Virus record (IMG/VR): IMGVR_UViG_3300036466_000103
Coordinates: 1-64,000 of that record
DNA: 64,000 nt
Origin: a virus
Reading direction: 5' to 3' (one strand)
Shown: in pieces, positions 1 to 7,734 of the stretch
Position numbering within the stretch: the first letter of the stretch is position 1
Layout: each line of letters opens with the position of its first letter
Program-made: the position numbers and the translations under genes
The notes under the pieces: model-generated
What the model saw: the letters and a program-made list of their open reading frames with translations, nothing else
What the model was told of the DNA's origin: nothing
The model's database searches: none

Positions 1-307
1 CTCTGTCCCCTCGGAGTCAAGGCACTGTAGTGCAGTGGTACTGGAAGAACAACGGTCGTGAGATTGATGGATTTGATCAACGTGTGATTGTCCCTACAGA
101 TGGAGAGATGATTGTACATGATGGTTGGCAGATCATGACCACCATGGCTTCTCAGCAAACAGCTGTGAAGTATGTTCCTCTTAAGAAATGTCTTCACTTC
201 CGACATAATCCCCAGAATGATAGCCCATCAGGGACGAGCCCACTAGTTTCCGCCTGGCAACCCTGGAAATTAAAGGTTGCTTTCCAGGAATCTGAGGCAA
301 TCGGGGT
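1..307 (+). CDS. portal protein (lambda gpB-type position), exon 1; 5' end lies outside the window
   Basis: The frame is open from the window edge. After removing the 308..616 intron it continues in phase into 617..1364. It lies directly upstream of the S49 protease, decoration and gpE-like capsid genes. Confidence 0.75.
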
Positions 308-616
308 TAATTAGTAGCCCCCTTGAGCAGAAATGCTCATTGAATAACTCATTTAATTGTCTGGGAACCCCTAACGTAAAGACGAGGGCAATCAGCAGCG
401 AAGTTAGTCATTCCTAACTAAAACAAGTTGGGTGCATGTGACTAAAACGTTCAACGACTATCCCGTGATGGGAGTAGGGCCAAGTGGCTCGAAATGGTGA
501 GAACCGAAACAGAAGCTGAACTTGCTGACGGTTAAGATATAGTCTGGTCTGCATGGAAACATGCAGCAGCTCTTAATTGAGCGGGTAGTGATTAACGACC
601 ACTATTGAACACAACG
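308..616 (+). ncRNA. group I self-splicing intron (IA2, T4 td-like), ORF-less
   Basis: P1 hairpin GGGGU|UAAUUAGUA/GCCCC (303-321) puts U307 in a wobble pair with G317. td-like core strings: AACGACUAUCCC (453-464), GGGAGUAGGGCCAAGUGGCUCGAAA (470-494), GUUAAGAUAUAGUCUGGUCUGCAUGGAAACAUGCAGC (531-567), GAUUAACGACC (590-600). The 3' end is ...GAACACAACG with terminal G616. The 309-nt length preserves the reading phase. Confidence 0.85.
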
Positions 617-1364
617 AGCACAAGACAATAACGCCTTTAAGATCCTTTACCTCCCACCAGATTACCTTGTAGCAGATGCTGATGAAGACCGTAAAGAGTC
701 TTTTGAAATGTATAAGCGAATGATGGAGAGGGCACACCAAGCTAAGCAGAGTGGGTTTATCCTTCCAATGCTTACTGACACTGAAGGCAAGAAGATGTTT
801 GACTTTGAGATTAAAAATATCTCAGGTTCAAAGTCTTACGATGTTAATGCAATCATTGCCCGTTATTCCCGTGAGATTCAAGTGGCGTTGTTCGCTGATG
901 TTCTCTCACTTGGTAGTGGATCTGGCGGTAGTTACTCTCTTTCGGAATCTAAAATCTCTATTATTGACATGGCTGTTAAGAGTCGTCTCAATGAGATTAA
1001 AGATCAGCTCAACCATAAGCTAGTTAAGACTCTGTTTGAACAGAATGGTTGGACTACTGACATCATGCCATACTTTGACTTTGACTTGCCTAACAGCGAG
1101 ACATTGGACAGCGTTGGTAGCTACTTGCAGAAGACAGCAGCAGTTGGTCTTATGCCTCTTGTCCCCGAGCTTGTTAACTTCGTTCTGGCTCGTGTTGGTG
1201 TTGATTACAGAGTTCCAGATGATATGCCTACAGAAGAGCTTCGCAAGATCATGACCAACTTCACATCGGAAAGCGGTGGCGGATTGGAAACTGGATTACC
1301 TGGAAGTAACGGACAAGGTATTGGTGCTAACGGCGACCCTAACACAGCTAACAAGGGGAGTTGA
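617..1364 (+). CDS. portal protein, exon 2
   Basis: The frame is open from 609. The predicted ligated junction is ...QESEAIGV/AQDNNAFKILYLPPDYL.... The ATG at 708 in the ORF track is internal and has no RBS. Confidence 0.75.
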
Positions 1365-1406
1365 TAGTGGACAGTATTCAAACAACAATATTTAAAGGAG
1401 ATAAGT

Positions 1407-2747
1407 ATGTCTCATAAGCTACATAGACTTACATCCTCCCTTTATAACACACCATTGCTTATTGAACAGAATGCCTTTAAAGGTATCCTTGGTTATCTCG
1501 CTGAGCGTAATGAGAGTGGAATTAAGGCAGAGGCTCAAGACGATGATGACTTGAGGGACTACAGACGCTTTGTTTACAACGAAGATACACAGACTGGCGT
1601 TATTGAGTTTATTGGCCCTACTACAGCTAAACCAATTACATTTATTGGATTTGATTGTGGTGGTGCAAACTACCTACACTTGAAACAAGACTTTGAATCT
1701 CTGATTGGTCTTGGTGCTAAGACAATTGCAATGATTGTTGATAGCCCCGGTGGTGAAGCTTATTCAATGTCTGACAGTGCTAACTACATTCGTAAGCTGT
1801 TGGATGATAATGATGTAAAGCTTATCACCTATGTAGAAGGTATGGCAGCTAGTGCTGGTTACGGCATTACTTGTATCTCTGATGAAATCATTGGCAGCTG
1901 GGATTCAGAGTTTGGCAGCATTGGTGTTCTGGTTCAATTGTGGAATGACTCCAAGGCTCTTGAAAAAGAAGGCTATGAGCGTTCGTTCGTAAGTGCTGGT
2001 AAGTCTAAAGTTCCATGGGAAGCTGATGGTAGTTTCCGTGAAGGGTTCATTCAAGACATTCAAGACAAAGTTGATACTTGTTACGAGAACTTTACCAACC
2101 ATGTTGCCACCCATCGAGATATGAAAGTGAGTGATGTGATTGCAACAGAAGCTCGAATGTTCTTTGCTGAAGATGCAATCAAACTTGGTCTTGCTGACAA
2201 ACTTATGACTCAGGAAGAGTTTTTCACTTACCTAGCAACAGTATCAGAGACTAACGTAAAGGAGTCCCCAGTGGCTGAATCATCCACAAAAGATCGTATT
2301 TTTAAATTCATGAACGTTAAGGAGAACGCCGAAATGGCAAAGCTCGAAGAACTGCAAACTCAGCTTGAGGCACAACAAACTGCCCATGCAACAAAGCTTC
2401 TGGAAGCGAGTGAGCTTATCACTAGCCTCACCGCTCAACTAGAAGGCTTTAAAGAAGCTCAGGCTCTTGCTGAACAAGCTGCTGCAACTGCAAAACTTGA
2501 GTCTCGCAAAGCATCCCTCTCGGAAGTTATGCCAGCAGAACAAGTTGAAACCCGTCTGTCTGCCTACGCTGCCCTCGACGACAACACATTCGCATTCATG
2601 GTGAGTGAGTTGCAAACAGCTAAAGACGCTCGTGCTGAGAGTTTTAAGCCTGCCGGTGAAGAAGGTGCAGAAGCAGAACAAACACAATTGTCAGCAACAG
2701 ATGCAATTCTGAAAGCTGGTGTAGAAGCCGCTAAAGCTCGTCGTTAA
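1407..2747 (+). CDS. prohead protease (S49/SppA-ClpP-like, lambda gpC-type) with C-terminal coiled-coil scaffold region
   Basis: Motifs VDSPGGEAYS and GMAASAGYGI. The C-terminal third is Ala/Glu/Gln-rich and helical. RBS AAGGAG. Confidence 0.8.
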   Translation: MSHKLHRLTSSLYNTPLLIEQNAFKGILGYLAERNESGIKAEAQDDDDLRDYRRFVYNEDTQTGVIEFIGPTTAKPITFIGFDCGGANYLHLKQDFESLIGLGAKTIAMIVDSPGGEAYSMSDSANYIRKLLDDNDVKLITYVEGMAASAGYGITCISDEIIGSWDSEFGSIGVLVQLWNDSKALEKEGYERSFVSAGKSKVPWEADGSFREGFIQDIQDKVDTCYENFTNHVATHRDMKVSDVIATEARMFFAEDAIKLGLADKLMTQEEFFTYLATVSETNVKESPVAESSTKDRIFKFMNVKENAEMAKLEELQTQLEAQQTAHATKLLEASELITSLTAQLEGFKEAQALAEQAAATAKLESRKASLSEVMPAEQVETRLSAYAALDDNTFAFMVSELQTAKDARAESFKPAGEEGAEAEQTQLSATDAILKAGVEAAKARR

Positions 2748-2775
2748 TACAAACATTTATTAGAGGAATACAAAT

Positions 2776-3222
2776 ATGGCTTTTCAAGAATTGACCCTGC
2801 TGAAATACGCTTCTGACCTGGTTATTGATCACAAAGATTTCCACTTCAGTAACGACAATGCAAACGTAACCCCTGGTGCTGCCCCATTCAAACTCGGCAC
2901 TGTTGTTGCTCGTCCAAAAGACTCTGCTCCAACTGTAGCATGGGAAGCTATTGATGCAGCGGCTGACGTTGTTGCTACCAATGAGTTCGCTGTATTGTTT
3001 GGTGATCACTACGGTTTCAAATACGACTTCACTCCAAAAGCAATTGCTGCTGGTAAGTGGAACGCCATCGTAATCAAGCGTGGCGCATCCTTCAAAGAAT
3101 TCTACATCAAAGAGAACTACGCAACCTTGCTGGGCGCTGTCCCTTATGCATTGCTTAAGCAACTTCTGGCTAACGCTGGTCTGCTTGTTCTGGATGATGT
3201 TTCTGACTACACCGTAGCCTAA
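2776..3222 (+). CDS. head decoration protein (gpD position)
   Basis: A 148-aa ORF between the protease and the major capsid gene. The call rests on synteny only. Confidence 0.5.
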   Translation: MAFQELTLLKYASDLVIDHKDFHFSNDNANVTPGAAPFKLGTVVARPKDSAPTVAWEAIDAAADVVATNEFAVLFGDHYGFKYDFTPKAIAAGKWNAIVIKRGASFKEFYIKENYATLLGAVPYALLKQLLANAGLLVLDDVSDYTVA

Positions 3223-3277
3223 TTTAAGGGGAGTGTAAAAGCTCCCTGTTCAAACCAAATTACATAAGGAAAGAATA

Positions 3278-4375
3278 ATGTCTCTGATTATTGATAAGAA
3301 TATTGACCGTCTGTCGCAGGGTAAGTTTGTTGAGCTGACTGACATCTTGGTTGAGTTGCCACGTAATATCTCGATCATCGACCAACTGGGTCTGTTTGAA
3401 GAAGTATTTGTTACTCAAAAGAAAATTGAGATTCAACGTACCCAGTACGCTAACCATCTGATCAAAGATAAGAACTGGGAAGCCAAAGCTGACACTCTGG
3501 TAAGCAAGCCAAAGCGTGGCTTCATTCAAGTTAGCATTCCTAACTTTGAAACACAAGATGCTATCAAGCCGCAAGACGTTGATGGTGTTGCAGAAGTTAG
3601 CTCGATCCAAGAAGCAGCCCAGCTTGAAACCGTAATGAACGTTCGTCTTGAGAAGCTTGCTTATCACAACAACGCGTTCGACCTGACTGCTGACGTTGCT
3701 CGTATGCAACTGCTCACCAAAGGTACCGTGTACGCTCCTACAGGCACACTGGCTACATCTTATGGTGACACTGTAGACTTCTATGAGGAGATGGGCGTTA
3801 CTCGTCAGACTCACGATCTGAAGCTGGTTGGCTCTGTTGACCCACGTATCTCTTGCTCGCAATTGGTACGTAAGATGCGTGAAGCTCTGCGTAATAGCTC
3901 CAGCGGTGGTAACTACAGCCAACTAATCCTGCTGTGCGGTACTGACTTCTTCGACGCTGTATACACCAACCCGTTTGTTACCGAGGCTATCAAATACTTC
4001 GCACAAGATCTGAATAAGATCCTGCTGAAGCCAGTTGATCAAGCTGCTGGTTACGATGCCAACTTCCGTACCATTTCCCTGTGGGGTCTGGTGTTCATCG
4101 ATGCTGGTACTGGTGGCTACGAAGATGCAGAAGGTGTGTTCCAGCCTTGGATCGAAGCTAACAAAGCTATCGCTCTGCCAACTGGCGTTCGTGGCATGTT
4201 CAAGACCTACTACGCCCCAGCTAACACCTTCAGTGCTGTTAACAAGCGTGCTACTGGTCGTTACTACTTCGAGCGTCTGAATGATGAAGACGACCTGATC
4301 CAGATGAAAGTTGGTTCTAACTTCCTGAACGCAACTATCTACCCTGGCGCTATCTTCGACATCACCTTCAGCTAA
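3278..4375 (+). CDS. major capsid protein (lambda gpE-like)
   Basis: 365 aa, in the position after the decoration gene, with a C-terminal pattern resembling gpE. A terminator follows. Confidence 0.7.
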   Translation: MSLIIDKNIDRLSQGKFVELTDILVELPRNISIIDQLGLFEEVFVTQKKIEIQRTQYANHLIKDKNWEAKADTLVSKPKRGFIQVSIPNFETQDAIKPQDVDGVAEVSSIQEAAQLETVMNVRLEKLAYHNNAFDLTADVARMQLLTKGTVYAPTGTLATSYGDTVDFYEEMGVTRQTHDLKLVGSVDPRISCSQLVRKMREALRNSSSGGNYSQLILLCGTDFFDAVYTNPFVTEAIKYFAQDLNKILLKPVDQAAGYDANFRTISLWGLVFIDAGTGGYEDAEGVFQPWIEANKAIALPTGVRGMFKTYYAPANTFSAVNKRATGRYYFERLNDEDDLIQMKVGSNFLNATIYPGAIFDITFS

Positions 4376-4393
4376 GATTGGTGGTTAACACGA

Positions 4394-4425
4394 GGGCTGG
4401 CGTCAAGCTGGCCCTTTGTTGTTTT
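4394..4425 (+). terminator. rho-independent terminator/attenuator after the capsid gene
   Basis: Stem GGGCTGGC/GCTGGCCC (two G:U pairs), loop GTCAA, then TTTGTTGTTTT. Confidence 0.6.
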
Positions 4426-4436
4426 AGGAGATTGAA

Positions 4437-4847
4437 ATGACAGATGATGAAAAGATTTCACTCCTTGCCCTAATGTTAGGTGATATTCCGGGTGGTCCTT
4501 ACTACCCAATGTTCACAGAAGATCAATATAAGCAATTTCTTGTATTGGGTAAGGGTGATGTAAACAGAGCAGCGGTATATGCTGCAATGTCCGCTGCATT
4601 CTTTGTTTCAGGAGAAAGTTCGAGAGAACAAATTGGTGAGCTAGCTATTTCAAGCTCAACAAGCTCTAACTACTTGAAGCTTCTTGACTACATGATCAGT
4701 ACCGCTGGTAAAGTTCCACCACCGAATCTTATGCCTTGGTTTGCAGGAGCGGACCAACGTGACAGGAACAAGCTTATTAACTTTGAGCGATGTTCCCCCT
4801 CTCCCTTCTGGTCTTACCTCGGTGGTAAGCAAGATGGTTGCTGCTAA
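4437..4847 (+). CDS. head completion/DNA-packaging accessory protein (FI position), function uncertain
   Basis: ORF with RBS GGAG. The call rests on synteny only. Confidence 0.45.
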   Translation: MTDDEKISLLALMLGDIPGGPYYPMFTEDQYKQFLVLGKGDVNRAAVYAAMSAAFFVSGESSREQIGELAISSSTSSNYLKLLDYMISTAGKVPPPNLMPWFAGADQRDRNKLINFERCSPSPFWSYLGGKQDGCC

Positions 4848-4859
4848 GGAGGCTACACA

Positions 4860-5252
4860 ATGGCTTTCCATGACAGAATGAGGGCAATGGTGATACGTCA
4901 ACTTTCCCCACAACCAAAGGGTAAGGGTGTACTAGTCACAGCTACAAAGAGAGTTGGTGGAGGTTATGACCCTCGTACTGGTGAGACCACTCCGGTTGTT
5001 ATTGAGACATTAGTTGGAAGCGGCTTGAGAGTTAACTACTCAGAGTATTCATACACAAACTCCACTATTACATACGGTGACTTTCAGATCTATTTGTCCC
5101 CTGTGCTAGCTGACGGAAGTGGAGACATGCCTGAGCCAGCAATAAACGACAGTCTTGAGTTCTTGGGTAAGGACGTTACAGTGATTAATGTAAGTCCTTT
5201 TAATGAGAACAGCGTAGGTTGTGGTTGGAAGTTGCAGGTGAGATATGGCTAA
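4860..5252 (+). CDS. head-tail connector (FII position)
   Basis: Synteny. RBS AAGGAGG. Confidence 0.45.
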   Translation: MAFHDRMRAMVIRQLSPQPKGKGVLVTATKRVGGGYDPRTGETTPVVIETLVGSGLRVNYSEYSYTNSTITYGDFQIYLSPVLADGSGDMPEPAINDSLEFLGKDVTVINVSPFNENSVGCGWKLQVRYG

Positions 5253-5682
5253 TTTCATGGACACCATCAACCAATGGGTTGAAGAAACTGAAGTACGTAT
5301 TGATGACATTCTACAGACAATCGTAATCAAAGTTGGTGAGAGTGTTGTACGTCTTTCCCCTGTAGACACTGGATTGTTTAGAGGAAACTGGCAGATGACC
5401 ATTGATGGTGGTTCATCCTCAAGCTTGCTTCGGTATGACCAGACAGGTGACAGTACGTTAGCTGCCATTTCATCCGTTGCTAACAGCTTCACAGCTGGAC
5501 AAGTGGCCTATATACAAAACCATGTACTGTATGGTGATGATCTTGAGTGGGGTCTGTACAACGGACCTACAGCAAAGGTCACTGATGAAGGTTACAGCCG
5601 ACAAGCTCCAGCAGGTATGGTAAGGGTCACTGAAGGTCAATTCCTAAACATCGTTAATGAGGCTATTAGGCTTAATAGTTAA
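5245..5682 (+). CDS. head-tail joining / tail completion protein, HK97 gp10-like
   Basis: Motif TGLFRGNWQMTIDGG. Its start overlaps the upstream gene. Confidence 0.55.
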   Translation: MANFMDTINQWVEETEVRIDDILQTIVIKVGESVVRLSPVDTGLFRGNWQMTIDGGSSSSLLRYDQTGDSTLAAISSVANSFTAGQVAYIQNHVLYGDDLEWGLYNGPTAKVTDEGYSRQAPAGMVRVTEGQFLNIVNEAIRLNS

Positions 5683-5696
5683 TAAGGAGGACAGTC

Positions 5697-6221
5697 ATGA
5701 GTAATGCAAGAATTAGACGCCTCTTCTTTGACAAGCTTAAAGACGGTATTAGAGAGGTGGATGGAAGCCTTAAGTGGATGGTGATGCAAGACGGTGTTAT
5801 TCACCTCGATTCAAAAGGAGTTGAGATAAACTTCAACACCACACACCTTGCCGTACACCTTATCCCAGCTCCAGCTGAGACAGATACTCTTAAGGGAGAC
5901 CATGTAAGGTACTCTGGAATCTATCAGATTGATGCACGAATACTCCTAGACCCTAAGAAGGATATTAGAGCCGATAGCAACCTTGTCCTTGAGGAAATCA
6001 CAGGCACTCTTCAATCAATCTTTAAGGTTAATCTTAGGCTAGTTGATACGAGTACAGTACATGTCCCAGAGACAGATGAAAACGGAGATATCATCCCTTA
6101 TGAAGATTTTGCTGTTCAAGTGATCAGCCCCATAAAGGTTAGGGAAGCAAGACGTGAAGGGAAAACAAACTGGTGGCATGCTCATTGCTACTTTGATTAT
6201 AGAGCAGATACAAACATTTAA
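5697..6221 (+). CDS. tail terminator-like protein (gpU position)
   Basis: Synteny. RBS AAGGAGG. Confidence 0.45.
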   Translation: MSNARIRRLFFDKLKDGIREVDGSLKWMVMQDGVIHLDSKGVEINFNTTHLAVHLIPAPAETDTLKGDHVRYSGIYQIDARILLDPKKDIRADSNLVLEEITGTLQSIFKVNLRLVDTSTVHVPETDENGDIIPYEDFAVQVISPIKVREARREGKTNWWHAHCYFDYRADTNI

Positions 6222-6238
6222 CTAAGAGGAATACAAAT

Positions 6239-6895
6239 ATGGCCTTTCGCTTGCCTAACGGCTCCACATTCGACTTTGCTGAAGAATATGGTGATGACGT
6301 AACTATCACCAGTATTAGCAATGCAAACCCCGCTGTAGTGTCTGCAACCGCTCACGGCTTTGTTGCTGGTGATGTTGTTGTAATCACCACAGGCTGGGTA
6401 AAACTTACTGGTCGTGCATTCAAGGTTGGTACTGTCACCACTGACACTTTTGTATTGACTAACATTAATACTTTGAGCGTACAGAACTATCCAGCTGGTA
6501 CTTCCGCTGGTACTGCCAAGAAAGTTGAGAAGTGGGTGAACATTCCACAAATCACTGAAGTTGCAAGCTCCGGTGGTGAACAGCAGTTCTACACTTTCGG
6601 CTTCTTGGAAGAAGATGAAGACCGTCAAGTGCCGACCACAAAATCCCCATCTGTGCTCACTCTGACTGTTGCGGATGACCCAAGTCAACCTTTCGTTCCA
6701 GTAGTTGAGGCTGCTGATGAGCTTAAGGAAGAGCGTGTACAACGTCTCAACTTGGTTAACGGTGATATTATCTTGTATAACTCGATTGCAAGTATTACCA
6801 ACACTCCAAGCCTTACTCGTAACAACCTGATGACTCGTACTATCACCCTCGCTCAACAAGGCAGAGTCACACGCTATAAATCTGGCGCTATCTAA
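6239..6895 (+). CDS. major tail tube protein
   Basis: 218 aa, immediately upstream of the G/GT chaperones and the tape measure. A terminator follows. Confidence 0.7.
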   Translation: MAFRLPNGSTFDFAEEYGDDVTITSISNANPAVVSATAHGFVAGDVVVITTGWVKLTGRAFKVGTVTTDTFVLTNINTLSVQNYPAGTSAGTAKKVEKWVNIPQITEVASSGGEQQFYTFGFLEEDEDRQVPTTKSPSVLTLTVADDPSQPFVPVVEAADELKEERVQRLNLVNGDIILYNSIASITNTPSLTRNNLMTRTITLAQQGRVTRYKSGAI

Positions 6896-6952
6896 TTGAC
6901 ACAGATATGACTCTCAAGTGTAAATTGCAATAAACGCACGCAAGTGTACCCA

Positions 6953-6985
6953 CGCCCTTGCCTATTAGCGAGGGCGTTTTTATTT
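6953..6985 (+). terminator. rho-independent terminator after the tube gene
   Basis: 9-bp stem CGCCCTTGC/GCGAGGGCG, loop CTATTA, then TTTTTATTT. Confidence 0.65.
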
Positions 6986-7000
6986 AAGGAGAAAAATACA

Positions 7001-7402
7001 ATGTCGAAATCATTCAAAATTCAATTCAACCCAACATTCAAATCTGCCGTACAAATCCCACGAGTTGGTGGTGATCCTATTGCAGTAACTTTCACTTTCA
7101 AAGTATTGGATCGTAAATCCCTTGCTCGTGTATTTGATGCATGGAAGAAAGAAAACCTTCAACTCATTGAAGACGCAACCACTGCTGATAAAGAAGGAAC
7201 TCCATTCACCCTTGAAGAATGGGCAGAGCGTGAGATTACTCTCCAGATTAAGCAGATTAAAGACGTTGTACTTGGCTGGGGCTTCGATGATGAATTCAAT
7301 GATGAGAATATTGAAGAGCTTTTGAACTCGTCTATCTCCGTCACTGACGCAATCCTTGAGCAATACAACGATGGTTATATCAAGGCCCGCCAGGGAAACT
7401 AA
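7001..7402 (+). CDS. tail assembly chaperone G
   Basis: ATG 7001 follows AAGGAG. The upstream part of ORF 6944 overlaps the terminator. Position is before the tape measure. Confidence 0.8.
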   Translation: MSKSFKIQFNPTFKSAVQIPRVGGDPIAVTFTFKVLDRKSLARVFDAWKKENLQLIEDATTADKEGTPFTLEEWAEREITLQIKQIKDVVLGWGFDDEFNDENIEELLNSSISVTDAILEQYNDGYIKARQGN

Positions 7403-7734
7403 TAAGCGCTGCCAATGCCTTGTATTCCAGTGATGCAGACAAACATCAAGTTGGCTTGTTTGGTCTGACGTTAGAAGAAGTTCCAGTTGAAGAAGTTCAA
7501 ATCTGGGATATTAATTGGGATACATTCAACCTCTTTTACTCCCTTGGTACACAATGGAGACTGAGCGGCATGGGTGGTGCAACTGGATTAGATTATTCTG
7601 TAATTCCCGTGGTTGGTAAGATGTTAGGATTCAAATCCAAGAAAGTAAACGAAATGTTCCCAGACTTAAGAGTGATGGAGAACGAAGCACTCATCACCAT
7701 GGGGGAGAATGTCAAAGATGCCAACGATAGCTGA
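7001..7734 (+). CDS. tail assembly chaperone GT fusion (7001..7399 joined to 7399..7734 by a -1 frameshift)
   Basis: The slippery site plus the open -1 frame, as in the conserved lambda G/GT arrangement. Confidence 0.75.
7393..7399 (+). promoter_or_regulatory. -1 programmed ribosomal frameshift slippery heptamer G GGA AAC
   Basis: An X_XXY_YYZ heptamer in the correct phase, one codon before the G stop (TAA 7400-7402). The -1 frame is open from 7360 to 7734. Confidence 0.8.

Noticed and set aside
708-1364. Treating the ORF-track entry starting at ATG 708 as an independent gene, and 30-314 as a separate small gene.
   Set aside because: There is no RBS before 708. The frame is open upstream to 609. 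The gap has a complete group I intron with phase-preserving boundaries.
3260-3922. A 220-aa minus-strand ORF overlapping the major capsid gene. Similar antisense ORFs occur inside the tape measure, J, helicase, nrdA/nrdB and polymerase genes, for example 16224-16928, 49230-49988, 51006-51884 and 53023-53538.
   Set aside because: All are embedded antisense to, or out of frame with, long genes that carry clear motifs. None has a start context or operon logic.
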